Below are positions 29,064 through 37,746 of a stretch of DNA of 64,000 bases, in pieces (positions within the stretch are counted from its first letter, which is position 1; every line of letters starts with the position of its first letter). The notes under the pieces were generated by a model, which had not been told where the DNA came from, did no database searches, and saw only the letters and a list, made by a program, of their open reading frames with translations. Both the position numbers and the translations under genes were made by a program. The stretch comes from Candidatus Altimarinota bacterium (GTDB lineage Bacteria; Patescibacteriota; Gracilibacteria; CAIRYL01): positions 640,001 to 704,000 of the forward strand of contig OZ252287.1 of NCBI GenBank assembly GCA_965250085.1. Reading direction: 5' to 3'.

Positions 29064-30305
29064 ATGGCGGTTCAAGATCTGAGAGAAAAATTGACGGATG
29101 CAATTATAGCGGGAAACACTCCTCAGATTGTAAAAATATGTCTCACCATGGCACTTGAAATGGGTGCTTCTGATGTTCATGTAGAACCTGGAGAAAAAAT
29201 CGTTCGCATTCGATTTCGTATCGATGGCATCTTGAGAGAAATAATTGAATATCCTCATAATATACATTCGGCCGTGATTTCTCGTATAAAAATCATGTCT
29301 GGATTAAAAATCGATGAACAGAGAAAGCCACAAGATGGGCGTATGCAAATGGTTACTGAAAACCATAAGCAAATTGAACTTCGTGTCTCTACTTTGCCCA
29401 CAATAAATACAGAAAAAGCTTGTATGCGTTTGCAAGATAAAAACAAAAATATTCCTCCTCTTGAAAAACTAGGACTTAGAGGAAACAACTATAAAGCAAT
29501 GATGAAAACTATCAAAAATCCAAATGGAATTACGCTTGTGACAGGGCCTACCGGATCAGGAAAAACAACAACCCTCTACTCTATGATGGATGTATTAAAT
29601 AAGGTGGATGTAAATATTTTAACCATTGAAGATCCAGTAGAATACGAAATGCCCGGACTCTCACAGAGTCAAGTAAAGCCTGAGATTGATTATGATTTTT
29701 ACTTCGGTCTTCGTACAGCATTGAGGCAGGATCCAGATATCATCATGGTGGGAGAAATACGAGATCAGGAGACTATTGAAACTGCTATCAAAGCGGCTCT
29801 TACTGGCCATATGGTGCTCTCTACTATTCACACCAATTCTGCTGCATCAACAGTCACTCGTATTTTAGATATGGGGGTAAAGCCTTTTAAAATAACTGCT
29901 TCTCTTAGAACCATTCAGGCACAGAGATTGGTGCGAAAAATTTGCGAAAACTGTAAAGAAGAGTATGTGGCAGAATCAAAAGTAGCTGAGGAAATTGCTA
30001 AGGAACTCCAACAACTCCATGCTGAAGAAGATTTTGATCGCACTCTTTTACAAGATATGAAGCTCTATCGCGGAAAAGGCTGTGAAAAATGTGAACATAC
30101 TGGAATGAAAGGGCGAGTCGCTATTTTTGAAGTAATGACGATGACCAGGCAACTTGAAGAAATGATTCTCAATGGAAAGCATGAAAAGGATATTGAAGAT
30201 TTTGCTATTTCACAGGGAATGACAACGTTATTGCAAGATGGATACATCAAAACACTTTTGGGAGTAACAACTCTCGAAGAAATCTATAAAGTCGCGAACT
30301 CTTAA
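29064..30305 (+). CDS. pilB: Type IV pilus assembly ATPase (PilB/GspE family), short form without the N-terminal domain
   Basis: ASDVHVEP, RFRIDG, PQDGR, TGPTGSGKTT, TIEDPVE, LRQDPDIIMVGEIRD, TGHMVLSTIHTN, tetracysteine motif. Confidence 0.93.
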   Translation: MAVQDLREKLTDAIIAGNTPQIVKICLTMALEMGASDVHVEPGEKIVRIRFRIDGILREIIEYPHNIHSAVISRIKIMSGLKIDEQRKPQDGRMQMVTENHKQIELRVSTLPTINTEKACMRLQDKNKNIPPLEKLGLRGNNYKAMMKTIKNPNGITLVTGPTGSGKTTTLYSMMDVLNKVDVNILTIEDPVEYEMPGLSQSQVKPEIDYDFYFGLRTALRQDPDIIMVGEIRDQETIETAIKAALTGHMVLSTIHTNSAASTVTRILDMGVKPFKITASLRTIQAQRLVRKICENCKEEYVAESKVAEEIAKELQQLHAEEDFDRTLLQDMKLYRGKGCEKCEHTGMKGRVAIFEVMTMTRQLEEMILNGKHEKDIEDFAISQGMTTLLQDGYIKTLLGVTTLEEIYKVANS

Positions 30306-30365
30306 CTCTTATTTCATAATTTTTTCCTTATACTAGCTACCTCTCAATTTTTAATTCCCCTCCCT

Positions 30366-31565
30366 ATGACAGACTCTCCTTCACTTCATATCGGCAAAGA
30401 CGAATACAAAGCAGTTAATATCACAGATGTAAGGCCTGCAAACCAGCAAATGTCTAGTGGAAGTCTGTTTGAGAGACTCAATGAGTGGGTTATCGTCAAA
30501 TCCCCTTTAAAACTCAAGGAAAAAGTTGCCTTCTTTCGACTTCTCGCAACTATGATCAATGCCGGTGTCTCACTGATCAAAGCGCTTTATATTTTAGAAG
30601 AACAAACTCAGGATCAGAAAATGAAGCGTATTTGTCAGTCCATTGCTCTTAAAATAGAACTCGGGCAAAAGCTTTCTCAGGGACTTGAAGATTATCCTGA
30701 AATCTTTACTGACTCAGAGATTGGAATGGTTCGCTCAGGAGAAGCTTCGGGAAGGCTCAATGATATTTTGATTACTCTTGCAGATGAAGTAGAAAAAAAT
30801 GCAAAGTTAAGAGGGAAAATAAAGGGCGCTATGATGTATCCCCTCGCAATTATTGTAGTAGTTATCGCCGTTTTTGTGACAGTAACAGTGCTTGTAATTC
30901 CAAAAATGCAAGCCATCTTTGAAACTGCTGGAGCAGAGCTTCCCTCAAGTACCAAGTTTTTAATGGCGATGAGTAATTTTTTCCGAGGATCCTTTTTTGG
31001 AATTCCGAATTTTATTTTTATTATTCTGGGAACTATTGGGCTCGGTGTCGCTTTTAAGATGTGGAAAAATACTGAATCAGGAAAGTATTATTGGGATAAG
31101 TTCTTTCTCAAAATTCCTATTTTTGGAACACTCAAGAGAAAATTGGTTCTCACTCAATTTGCCAATAATATTTCAACTCTGACCAAAAGTGGTATCTCTA
31201 TTGTAAAAACCCTTAAAATTACTTCTGATGTTGTAGGCAATGAAGTATACAAAAGACGTATCCTTCTCATTGCTGAAGATGTAAAACAAGGTATTACTAT
31301 TGGAGAAAACATAAAAGGAGACATCAAAATATTTCCCACTATGCTGGTATCTATGATCGCTATTGGTGAGCAAACTGCTCAGTTGGATACCGTGACGGCA
31401 AAAGTAGCAGATTTTTATCAGGATGAAGTAGACACGATGGTCAAATCTCTCTCCTCTCTTATGGAGCCATTCATTATTGTTTTTATAGGAGGAATTGTAG
31501 GATTTATGGTAAGTGCCATCATGCAGCCGGTATTACAACTGAGTGATGTTGCTTCCAGTCTATAG
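30366..31565 (+). CDS. pilC: Type IV pilus platform protein (PilC/GspF)
   Basis: LATMINAGV, GEASGRL, AMMYP, IGEQTAQL, LMEPFII. Confidence 0.95.
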   Translation: MTDSPSLHIGKDEYKAVNITDVRPANQQMSSGSLFERLNEWVIVKSPLKLKEKVAFFRLLATMINAGVSLIKALYILEEQTQDQKMKRICQSIALKIELGQKLSQGLEDYPEIFTDSEIGMVRSGEASGRLNDILITLADEVEKNAKLRGKIKGAMMYPLAIIVVVIAVFVTVTVLVIPKMQAIFETAGAELPSSTKFLMAMSNFFRGSFFGIPNFIFIILGTIGLGVAFKMWKNTESGKYYWDKFFLKIPIFGTLKRKLVLTQFANNISTLTKSGISIVKTLKITSDVVGNEVYKRRILLIAEDVKQGITIGENIKGDIKIFPTMLVSMIAIGEQTAQLDTVTAKVADFYQDEVDTMVKSLSSLMEPFIIVFIGGIVGFMVSAIMQPVLQLSDVASSL

Positions 31566-31759
31566 TATTACATACTATTTTTGAGAACTTGACAAACACT
31601 GCTCCCTATGACCTAAGAAATATTGCTTGTTTTTTAAACGGAGAAATGGTATACTGGTGGGTGAAGATGTAGACAAAAATATATTTTTCTTTAAAAATTC
31701 TGTTCTCATTTTTGATTTCTTTTTTTCCTTTTTTTTTATCTTTTTATCCCTTTTTTCTT

Positions 31760-32269
31760 ATGAAGAATACAAAAGGTTTTACCCTTATCGAGCTTCTCGT
31801 GGTGATTGCCATTATTGGTATCCTCGCGACCGGAGCTGTTACTGTATTTTCTCAGGCTCAAGCAAAAGCTCGTGATGCCGTGAGACTTGCAGATCTCAAC
31901 ACACTCCGCAGTGCTGTAGAGGTCTATAGAGCTGACAATACCACCTATCCAGATGGTACCAGCGCCACTACCTTTGACTCTGCTATTGAAGGACCTTATG
32001 TCCAGTCAGTTCCAAGTGGTGCTACTGCTTATCCATATAACTACGCAGTGCTTACTTCTGAGTTAGCAGCCCCAACAAATTATGAAATGGCTGTTCTTTT
32101 GGAAGCATCTTCTAACTTAACTGCCACTGGAGCCGCCCAAACTGATGGAGGTGGACAAACCGATGCATATGAAGTCGGTCCTGTCTCTAGTTACATTGAA
32201 GGAGCCTCTGGAGCAACCGGCGCAAATACCGCTGCTACTTCTCCTGCCGCTACTATGAGTGTGTTGTAA
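31760..32269 (+). CDS. Type IV major pilin
   Basis: Class III signal MKNTKG|FTLIELLVVIAIIGILA and KARDAVRLADL. Has its own extended -10 (TGGTATACT ~31648) and a terminator. Confidence 0.92.
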   Translation: MKNTKGFTLIELLVVIAIIGILATGAVTVFSQAQAKARDAVRLADLNTLRSAVEVYRADNTTYPDGTSATTFDSAIEGPYVQSVPSGATAYPYNYAVLTSELAAPTNYEMAVLLEASSNLTATGAAQTDGGGQTDAYEVGPVSSYIEGASGATGANTAATSPAATMSVL

Positions 32270-32296
32270 TACGTAATACACTTTCTTAGGCTTGAT

Positions 32297-32328
32297 AAAA
32301 AGACCGACTCATCTGAGTCGGTCTTTTT
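32297..32328 (+). terminator. Intrinsic terminator after the pilin gene (symmetric)
   Basis: aaaaagaccgactca-tc-tgagtcggtcttttt perfect hairpin with U tract. Confidence 0.88.
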
Positions 32329-32460
32329 GAAAATATATTATACACCCCCCCTCCCTTCGTTGGTTCAGGTTTTTTCTCCATCGAATGTTCGTGACATAAA
32401 GGTGTGTTTATGAGAGAATAATAGTCCGAGAGAAAAAACCTCTTTGCTCTTTATCACCAC

Positions 32461-32908
32461 GGGGATGACTGGCTTTCGACAGGAAGAATGCCAGATATAT
32501 AATTGCCATTCGGGGATTCGTTCTTTCCTCCCCGCATATCCGGAAAAAACACTATAAGTGCAAATACTTTTGCCTCTAAAGCTCAAAGGTTCTTTGCTCG
32601 CTTCGCTCCTGCAAAGGTAGCGCCAGCATTTGCAATGGCCTAAGCTTTTTTCTCCGTTGAGCATAGCTCCGGAGAACGCTGTTCCTCTCTGTATCCTAAA
32701 GTGGAAGGTAGCAGTGTAGACTTTTTTAGGACGTAATGTTTTTCTTTTGCCTCTTTTTAGAAACATTCTGTATACCTAAAAAGAAGCCTTTTGTGCGGCT
32801 TTACGCCTCTCTTTTATCGCATAAGAGCACCCCTGAAGAGAAGCTATGATGGAAGATATTATGTATTTGCCTTTCTGGACGGGGGTTCGATTCCCCCCAT
32901 CTCCACCA
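32461..32908 (+). ncRNA. ssrA: tmRNA
   Basis: 5' GGGGATG..TTCGAC pairs with 3' CATCTCC-ACCA, including G3-U70. T-arm GGGGGTTCGATTCCCCC. Tag ORF 32560-32643 ANTFASKAQRFFARFAPAKVAPAFAMA*. Confidence 0.93.
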
Positions 32909-33169
32909 GTATATTTATGAACTTCTGAATATGTTTTTTTGAACTATACACATTCAGAAAAACAGTTTTAAACCTACAAAAATAAAATTTTATTACCGAT
33001 GGCACACTGCTACATTGCTGAACATCTTCATACTGGAATGATGTTCGGATGTGAAGTTCTATAAAACTTCAAAAAGCCCTGATTCCTTCAAAGCAATGTT
33101 TTTAATCATTTTGCTTCACGTTCATCGAAATTACATTCAAGATAACTTTGATATGCTTTACGCAACAGA

Positions 33170-33367
33170 TTAATTATCTTGATTGTTCTCGCCCCCGCGT
33201 TTCTCCATTCTTCCATGAACACTCAATACCCTATTAATACGTTTCCCTCTTTCACTTGCTGAGAATAAAACAGCATCCCGTATAAGATGAGAACTGGGAT
33301 GACGGGGATCAAATTTGGGATGATCAGTACGACCACTATTGGATGCTTCTGGAGTTCTTTCGAGCAT
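33170..33367 (-). CDS. Possible small hypothetical protein
   Basis: 65-aa ORF just downstream of ileS with a T-rich leader. No motif recognised. Confidence 0.35.
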   Translation of the reverse strand: MLERTPEASNSGRTDHPKFDPRHPSSHLIRDAVLFSASERGKRINRVLSVHGRMEKRGGENNQDN

Positions 33368-33416
33368 AAAAATAAAAAAGAGAATATAAAATGATAATAT
33401 ATTTTTATCTTAAGTA

Positions 33417-36400
33417 TTATTTGATTTTTGTCAAGTATATCCTGATCTTACTTTCATTGAGGACTATTTTCTGTTCAAAATGAGCATTTTTTATCTCTTT
33501 TTCAAATTTTATTTGCTTCGCCAAAACCTCTGCGGCAATTTCTTTTTCAAATTGCTTGAGAGTTGCTAAAGTGCTTTTTTCTCCTGCAACTGTAAGCTCT
33601 ATACGATCGGCAACATCAAATCCGGCCTCTTTTCGAGCATCTTGGACACAACGGACAAATTCTCGCATGAGTCCTTCATCTTTAAGTGATTCGGTAATAT
33701 TCATGTCGAGAGAAACCACAATGCCTTTAAACGAACTCACATCATGATCGCCTTTGCCATGATACTCCACTTCATAAGTTCCTTCCTCGAGGAAATACTC
33801 CCCTACTTGCACTCCTCCTTTGGTTTCTGTGTATTCACCTGATTTTGCCATTTGTATTACCTGCTGCATATTTTTCCCAAACACAGGACCCAATTTTCTC
33901 GCGTCTGGCTTGATGATGCATTCACATATTTCTTCTGCCGTTTTCATGAGCCTCACCTCTTTGACATTCAGTTCTTTGAGGATAACCTCTTTGTTGTCCT
34001 GCAAAGTATTTTGAGAAAATTTATGAGGAAGAAATACTTCTGCTTCCTGTAGAGGCTGGCGTAATTTGATTTTCTGTTGTGCTCTCAAAGAGAGCCCTAG
34101 GGAAATAATTGTCTCTACAACTTCAAATTCTCGCCTGAGCTCAGAATCATCTGGAAGATTCTCGAACTCAGGAAAATCTGTCAGATGCACGCTTGTTTGC
34201 TTGGTAAGATTTTGATAGATGTGCTCCGTCATAAAAGGAGCAAATGGAGCAAGTACCTGACAAAAAGTAGTCAATACTGTGTACAGCGTCTGAAATGCTT
34301 CTTCTTTATCTTGTCCCATCCCAGATTTCCAAAATCTTCGCCGAGAACGTCGTACGTATCCATTTGTAAGCTTATCAAGGAACACGCGAATATTTTTCAC
34401 TGCATTAAAGAGGTCATATCCTTCCATTTCTGTCGTCACATGACGCACAAGTTCTCTGAGCTCTGTCAAAATCCAACGATCAAGTTTTGCTTGCCCTGAA
34501 CCTGCCGAAGGGGAGTTTGGAGTTTTGAGTTTGGAGCTTTTTTTACTCCCTCCTCCCTTCTCTTCACTCCCTGCTGGCACCCATCCATCTATATTGGCGT
34601 ATGTCACAAAAAACGAATACGCATTCCAAAGAGGCAGAAATACATTTCGCATGTTTTCAAGTACTGCTTTTTCAGAAAATCTCAAATCATCTGCTTTGAC
34701 GACTGGTGAATTCATAAGCGTAAATCGCACGGCATCTACTCCAAAACGTTCAAATACTTCATGAGGATCAGGATAGTTTTTTTTGGATTTGGACATTTTC
34801 TGTCCGTCTTCGGCCAGCACAATTCCATTTACAATTACATTTTTGAACGCTGGTTTGTCAAAAAGTGCAGTGGAAAGTACATGCAAGGTGTAAAACCATC
34901 CTCGTGTTTGATCCAGTCCTTCAGCAATAAAATCCGCTGGAAAGTTTTGTTCAAATTTTTCTTTATTCTCAAATGGATAATGACTCTGAGCATATGGCAT
35001 AGATCCGCTTTCAAACCAACAATCAAGTACTTCTGAGACACGTTCCATTTCCTTTCCTGATGCAGAAAGAATTGTAACTTCATCAATATATGGCTTATGA
35101 AGATCTACCTCTCCTTTTGGATTTTCTGGTCGACCGTCAAAACTATAGATCTCATACTCCCCCGTATCCAGCATTACCTTCTCAGATCCTTTGGGATCAA
35201 AAAGGAACTCTATAGATTCATGAGTAAAAAACTTTCGGATAATGCGGGCCGGGTCTCCATGTGTAATCACGAGAATGTTTTTGTCACGATATTCTTTTTG
35301 GATCTCTCGTAAAAACTCGCTTGCTCTCTGTAAAACATCTTCCTGAGTTTCTCCGTTATGAGAGTTTCCGTAATATCGTTCATGTGCATCTGGAAAGAGC
35401 TTACGAAACTCCGTAAGTTTTTTGCCTTCACGATCTCCTACATCTACCTCTTTGAGTCTTTTATCAACTCGGATTTTCTTTGGATCTATCTCGAGTTGGG
35501 TAGCGACAATTTCTGCAGTTTGACGAGTTCTGAGAAGAGGTGAAGTAAAAATCATATCAATCTTTTCTTTTCGAAGCTCCTGTCCGGCGCTTTGTGCTTG
35601 GCTTTTTCCTTTCCCGGTAAGCTCGACTGTTGAATCTATTCGAGAATCAATAAGCCCTGTAATATTGTGCTTCCCTTCTCCATGACGCATTACAATTATT
35701 TTGGAGTTTTTCTGGCTTCGTTCTTGGAGTTCTTTGATTGAGCCAATACATTCTACTTCACCTGTTTCTGGGCATCGCCACACCGGCAATGGTGCTCCCC
35801 AGTATCGATTTCGTGAAATCGCCCAGTCCTGAGCATTTTCTAACCAGTTGTGAAATCTTTTTTGACCAATGGCTTCTGGTACCCAATGAACTTGCTTGTT
35901 ATTTTTGAGCATCTGTTTTTTGATCTTTTCCACGTGTATAAACCAAGTTTTGACCCCTCGATACATCAAAGCGCTGTCTGTTCTCCAACAATGGGGATAG
36001 CTGTGGCGCACGCGATCATGACGAAAGAGATGTCCTGACTTTTTAAGTTCTTCAACTACCCAATCATTTGCATTGCTTTCTTTGGAGCCTGGCACTTCTG
36101 GATCAGGGCGAAAATATTTTCCCTCAAGTTCGGAAATAGTGTCATCAAAAAAGCAATTCTCATCAAACGGATACAACAGTTCCACATTATGAGCCGTCAA
36201 GATACGAGCATCATCTTCTCCCGTTGGTGCCATGTGTACCACACCCGTTCCTTCCTCGTCAGACACAAAATCATCTCCAAAGATTTGAAAAGCATTTGCA
36301 TGGTTCTTGAAAAATGGGAAAAGAGGTTGGTATTTTTTGTATTTTTTCAATAACTGATTTCCCTTAAAAGTTTCAACTAATTCTGCCATATTGAGTTTAC

Positions 36401-37322
36401 TATATTTTTTAGACTCAAATATTTTTTTTGATAAAATAAAAAACTGAGAACCTGCCGAGTGCAAAGCTTGCTTATTTGCTTCTGTTGCAGTTGGATAAGA
36501 AGAAAATTTATAAATTATTTCTCCTGCATGATTTTTCCAAACATCCCTTTTAACTTTCACATACTCAATTTCTGGATGCACTACGAGTCCCAGGTTCGAG
36601 GGCAATGTCCAAGGCGTTGTTGTCCACGCCAAGATGTATGTAGGTTCTTCATTCGTAACTCGTAATTCGTTATTTGGCATTAACTGAAATTTTACCGTAA
36701 CGGCTGGATCATCAATGTCTTTATAATTGAGACCTGCTTCAAAATTGGAAAGTGGAGATCCCAATTTGGGAGAATAGGGAACGACTTTTTCTCCTTCATA
36801 GATCAGTCCCTTGTCCCAGAGACTTTTAAACACCCACCACACTGACTCCATAAACTCGGGATTCATGGTTTTATAGTCGTCTTCAAAATCCACCCAGCGT
36901 CCCATACGAGTCACTGTTTTTTTCCAATCCTCTGCACAGCGCATCACAATACTTCGACACAGTTCGTTATATTTCCCTACTCCCATACTTTCGATCTCTG
37001 GTTTGCCACCAATTTTATTTTCTTTTTCTACCTGAAACTCGACCGGTACTCCATGACAATCCCAGCCAAATCGCCGTTCAATGCGCTTTCCTCGCATGGC
37101 AAAAAACCGGGGGATCACATCTTTGATTGTTCCTGCAAGTATGTGTCCATAATGCGGCAGACCGGTTGCAAAAGGAGGTCCATCATAAAACGCATACCGA
37201 TCCTTCGTATCTCTCATTTCAATACTCTTGCGAAATATATCGTTTTTTTTCCAAAACGAAATGATATCACGTTCTAGTTGTGGGAAGTTTTGCTTTGGAT
37301 CAACTGACTGAAAATATGTCAT
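33417..37322 (-). CDS. ileS: Isoleucine--tRNA ligase (IleRS2 type) with inserted histidine-phosphatase domain
   Basis: DGPPFATGLPHYGH, GWDCHG, WTTTPWTLPSN, DWAISRNRYWG, EGLDQTRGWF, KMSKS. Insert MRHGEG...ITHGD. ATG at 37322. Confidence 0.96.
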   Translation of the reverse strand: MTYFQSVDPKQNFPQLERDIISFWKKNDIFRKSIEMRDTKDRYAFYDGPPFATGLPHYGHILAGTIKDVIPRFFAMRGKRIERRFGWDCHGVPVEFQVEKENKIGGKPEIESMGVGKYNELCRSIVMRCAEDWKKTVTRMGRWVDFEDDYKTMNPEFMESVWWVFKSLWDKGLIYEGEKVVPYSPKLGSPLSNFEAGLNYKDIDDPAVTVKFQLMPNNELRVTNEEPTYILAWTTTPWTLPSNLGLVVHPEIEYVKVKRDVWKNHAGEIIYKFSSYPTATEANKQALHSAGSQFFILSKKIFESKKYSKLNMAELVETFKGNQLLKKYKKYQPLFPFFKNHANAFQIFGDDFVSDEEGTGVVHMAPTGEDDARILTAHNVELLYPFDENCFFDDTISELEGKYFRPDPEVPGSKESNANDWVVEELKKSGHLFRHDRVRHSYPHCWRTDSALMYRGVKTWFIHVEKIKKQMLKNNKQVHWVPEAIGQKRFHNWLENAQDWAISRNRYWGAPLPVWRCPETGEVECIGSIKELQERSQKNSKIIVMRHGEGKHNITGLIDSRIDSTVELTGKGKSQAQSAGQELRKEKIDMIFTSPLLRTRQTAEIVATQLEIDPKKIRVDKRLKEVDVGDREGKKLTEFRKLFPDAHERYYGNSHNGETQEDVLQRASEFLREIQKEYRDKNILVITHGDPARIIRKFFTHESIEFLFDPKGSEKVMLDTGEYEIYSFDGRPENPKGEVDLHKPYIDEVTILSASGKEMERVSEVLDCWFESGSMPYAQSHYPFENKEKFEQNFPADFIAEGLDQTRGWFYTLHVLSTALFDKPAFKNVIVNGIVLAEDGQKMSKSKKNYPDPHEVFERFGVDAVRFTLMNSPVVKADDLRFSEKAVLENMRNVFLPLWNAYSFFVTYANIDGWVPAGSEEKGGGSKKSSKLKTPNSPSAGSGQAKLDRWILTELRELVRHVTTEMEGYDLFNAVKNIRVFLDKLTNGYVRRSRRRFWKSGMGQDKEEAFQTLYTVLTTFCQVLAPFAPFMTEHIYQNLTKQTSVHLTDFPEFENLPDDSELRREFEVVETIISLGLSLRAQQKIKLRQPLQEAEVFLPHKFSQNTLQDNKEVILKELNVKEVRLMKTAEEICECIIKPDARKLGPVFGKNMQQVIQMAKSGEYTETKGGVQVGEYFLEEGTYEVEYHGKGDHDVSSFKGIVVSLDMNITESLKDEGLMREFVRCVQDARKEAGFDVADRIELTVAGEKSTLATLKQFEKEIAAEVLAKQIKFEKEIKNAHFEQKIVLNESKIRIYLTKIK

Positions 37323-37411
37323 AGGGAATTTTAAATTTTGAATTATAAATTTGCTAAGAGCTAATGGCGAACTGCTAAAGGCTTTAAATATCAGAGCATC
37401 TTTCCCCACAT

Positions 37412-37575
37412 TACTAAAAAAATACACAGACACATATAGTATCTCTGCAAGGGTTCAAAATTGAACGGTACCACCTTGCTTCCCCGCTCTGCGGGGCAAC
37501 TTTATTTCTTTTGATCACGGAGTTATTTGGACTGATTCTCCGGAAGAGTCTACTTTTCGCCTGAGGCGAATTTCT
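37412..37575 (-). promoter_or_regulatory. T-box riboswitch (Ile specifier) in the ileS leader
   Basis: Antiterminator GCAAGG-TGGTACC-GTTCAATTTTGAAC-CCTTGC, stem III CCCCGCAGAGCGGGG, CCGTGATC motif, short stem I with bulged AUC at 37536-37534, then a downstream hairpin plus U7. Confidence 0.8.
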
Positions 37576-37746
37576 TTCTTCGGCGCACTCCTCTCTGGAG
37601 TATTGTAAAGTGATTCCTTTACTCTAACGCTTTTACATTGTTTCTAATGAACACGCAGAGTATCTCAAAAAAGAGTCCTGTCTTCAATAAGTTCTTTCAT
37701 CTTCAGAATTGTTTTTGTTTCCTTTTTTGCTGCAAAAATGAACACT

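Noticed and set aside
32365-32766. 133-aa minus-strand ORF
   Set aside because: It is antisense to the tmRNA gene and has no protein motif.
32909-33170. Integrated element at the tmRNA 3' end
   Set aside because: Only AT-rich sequence with small inverted repeats. No integrase or duplicated att site was found.
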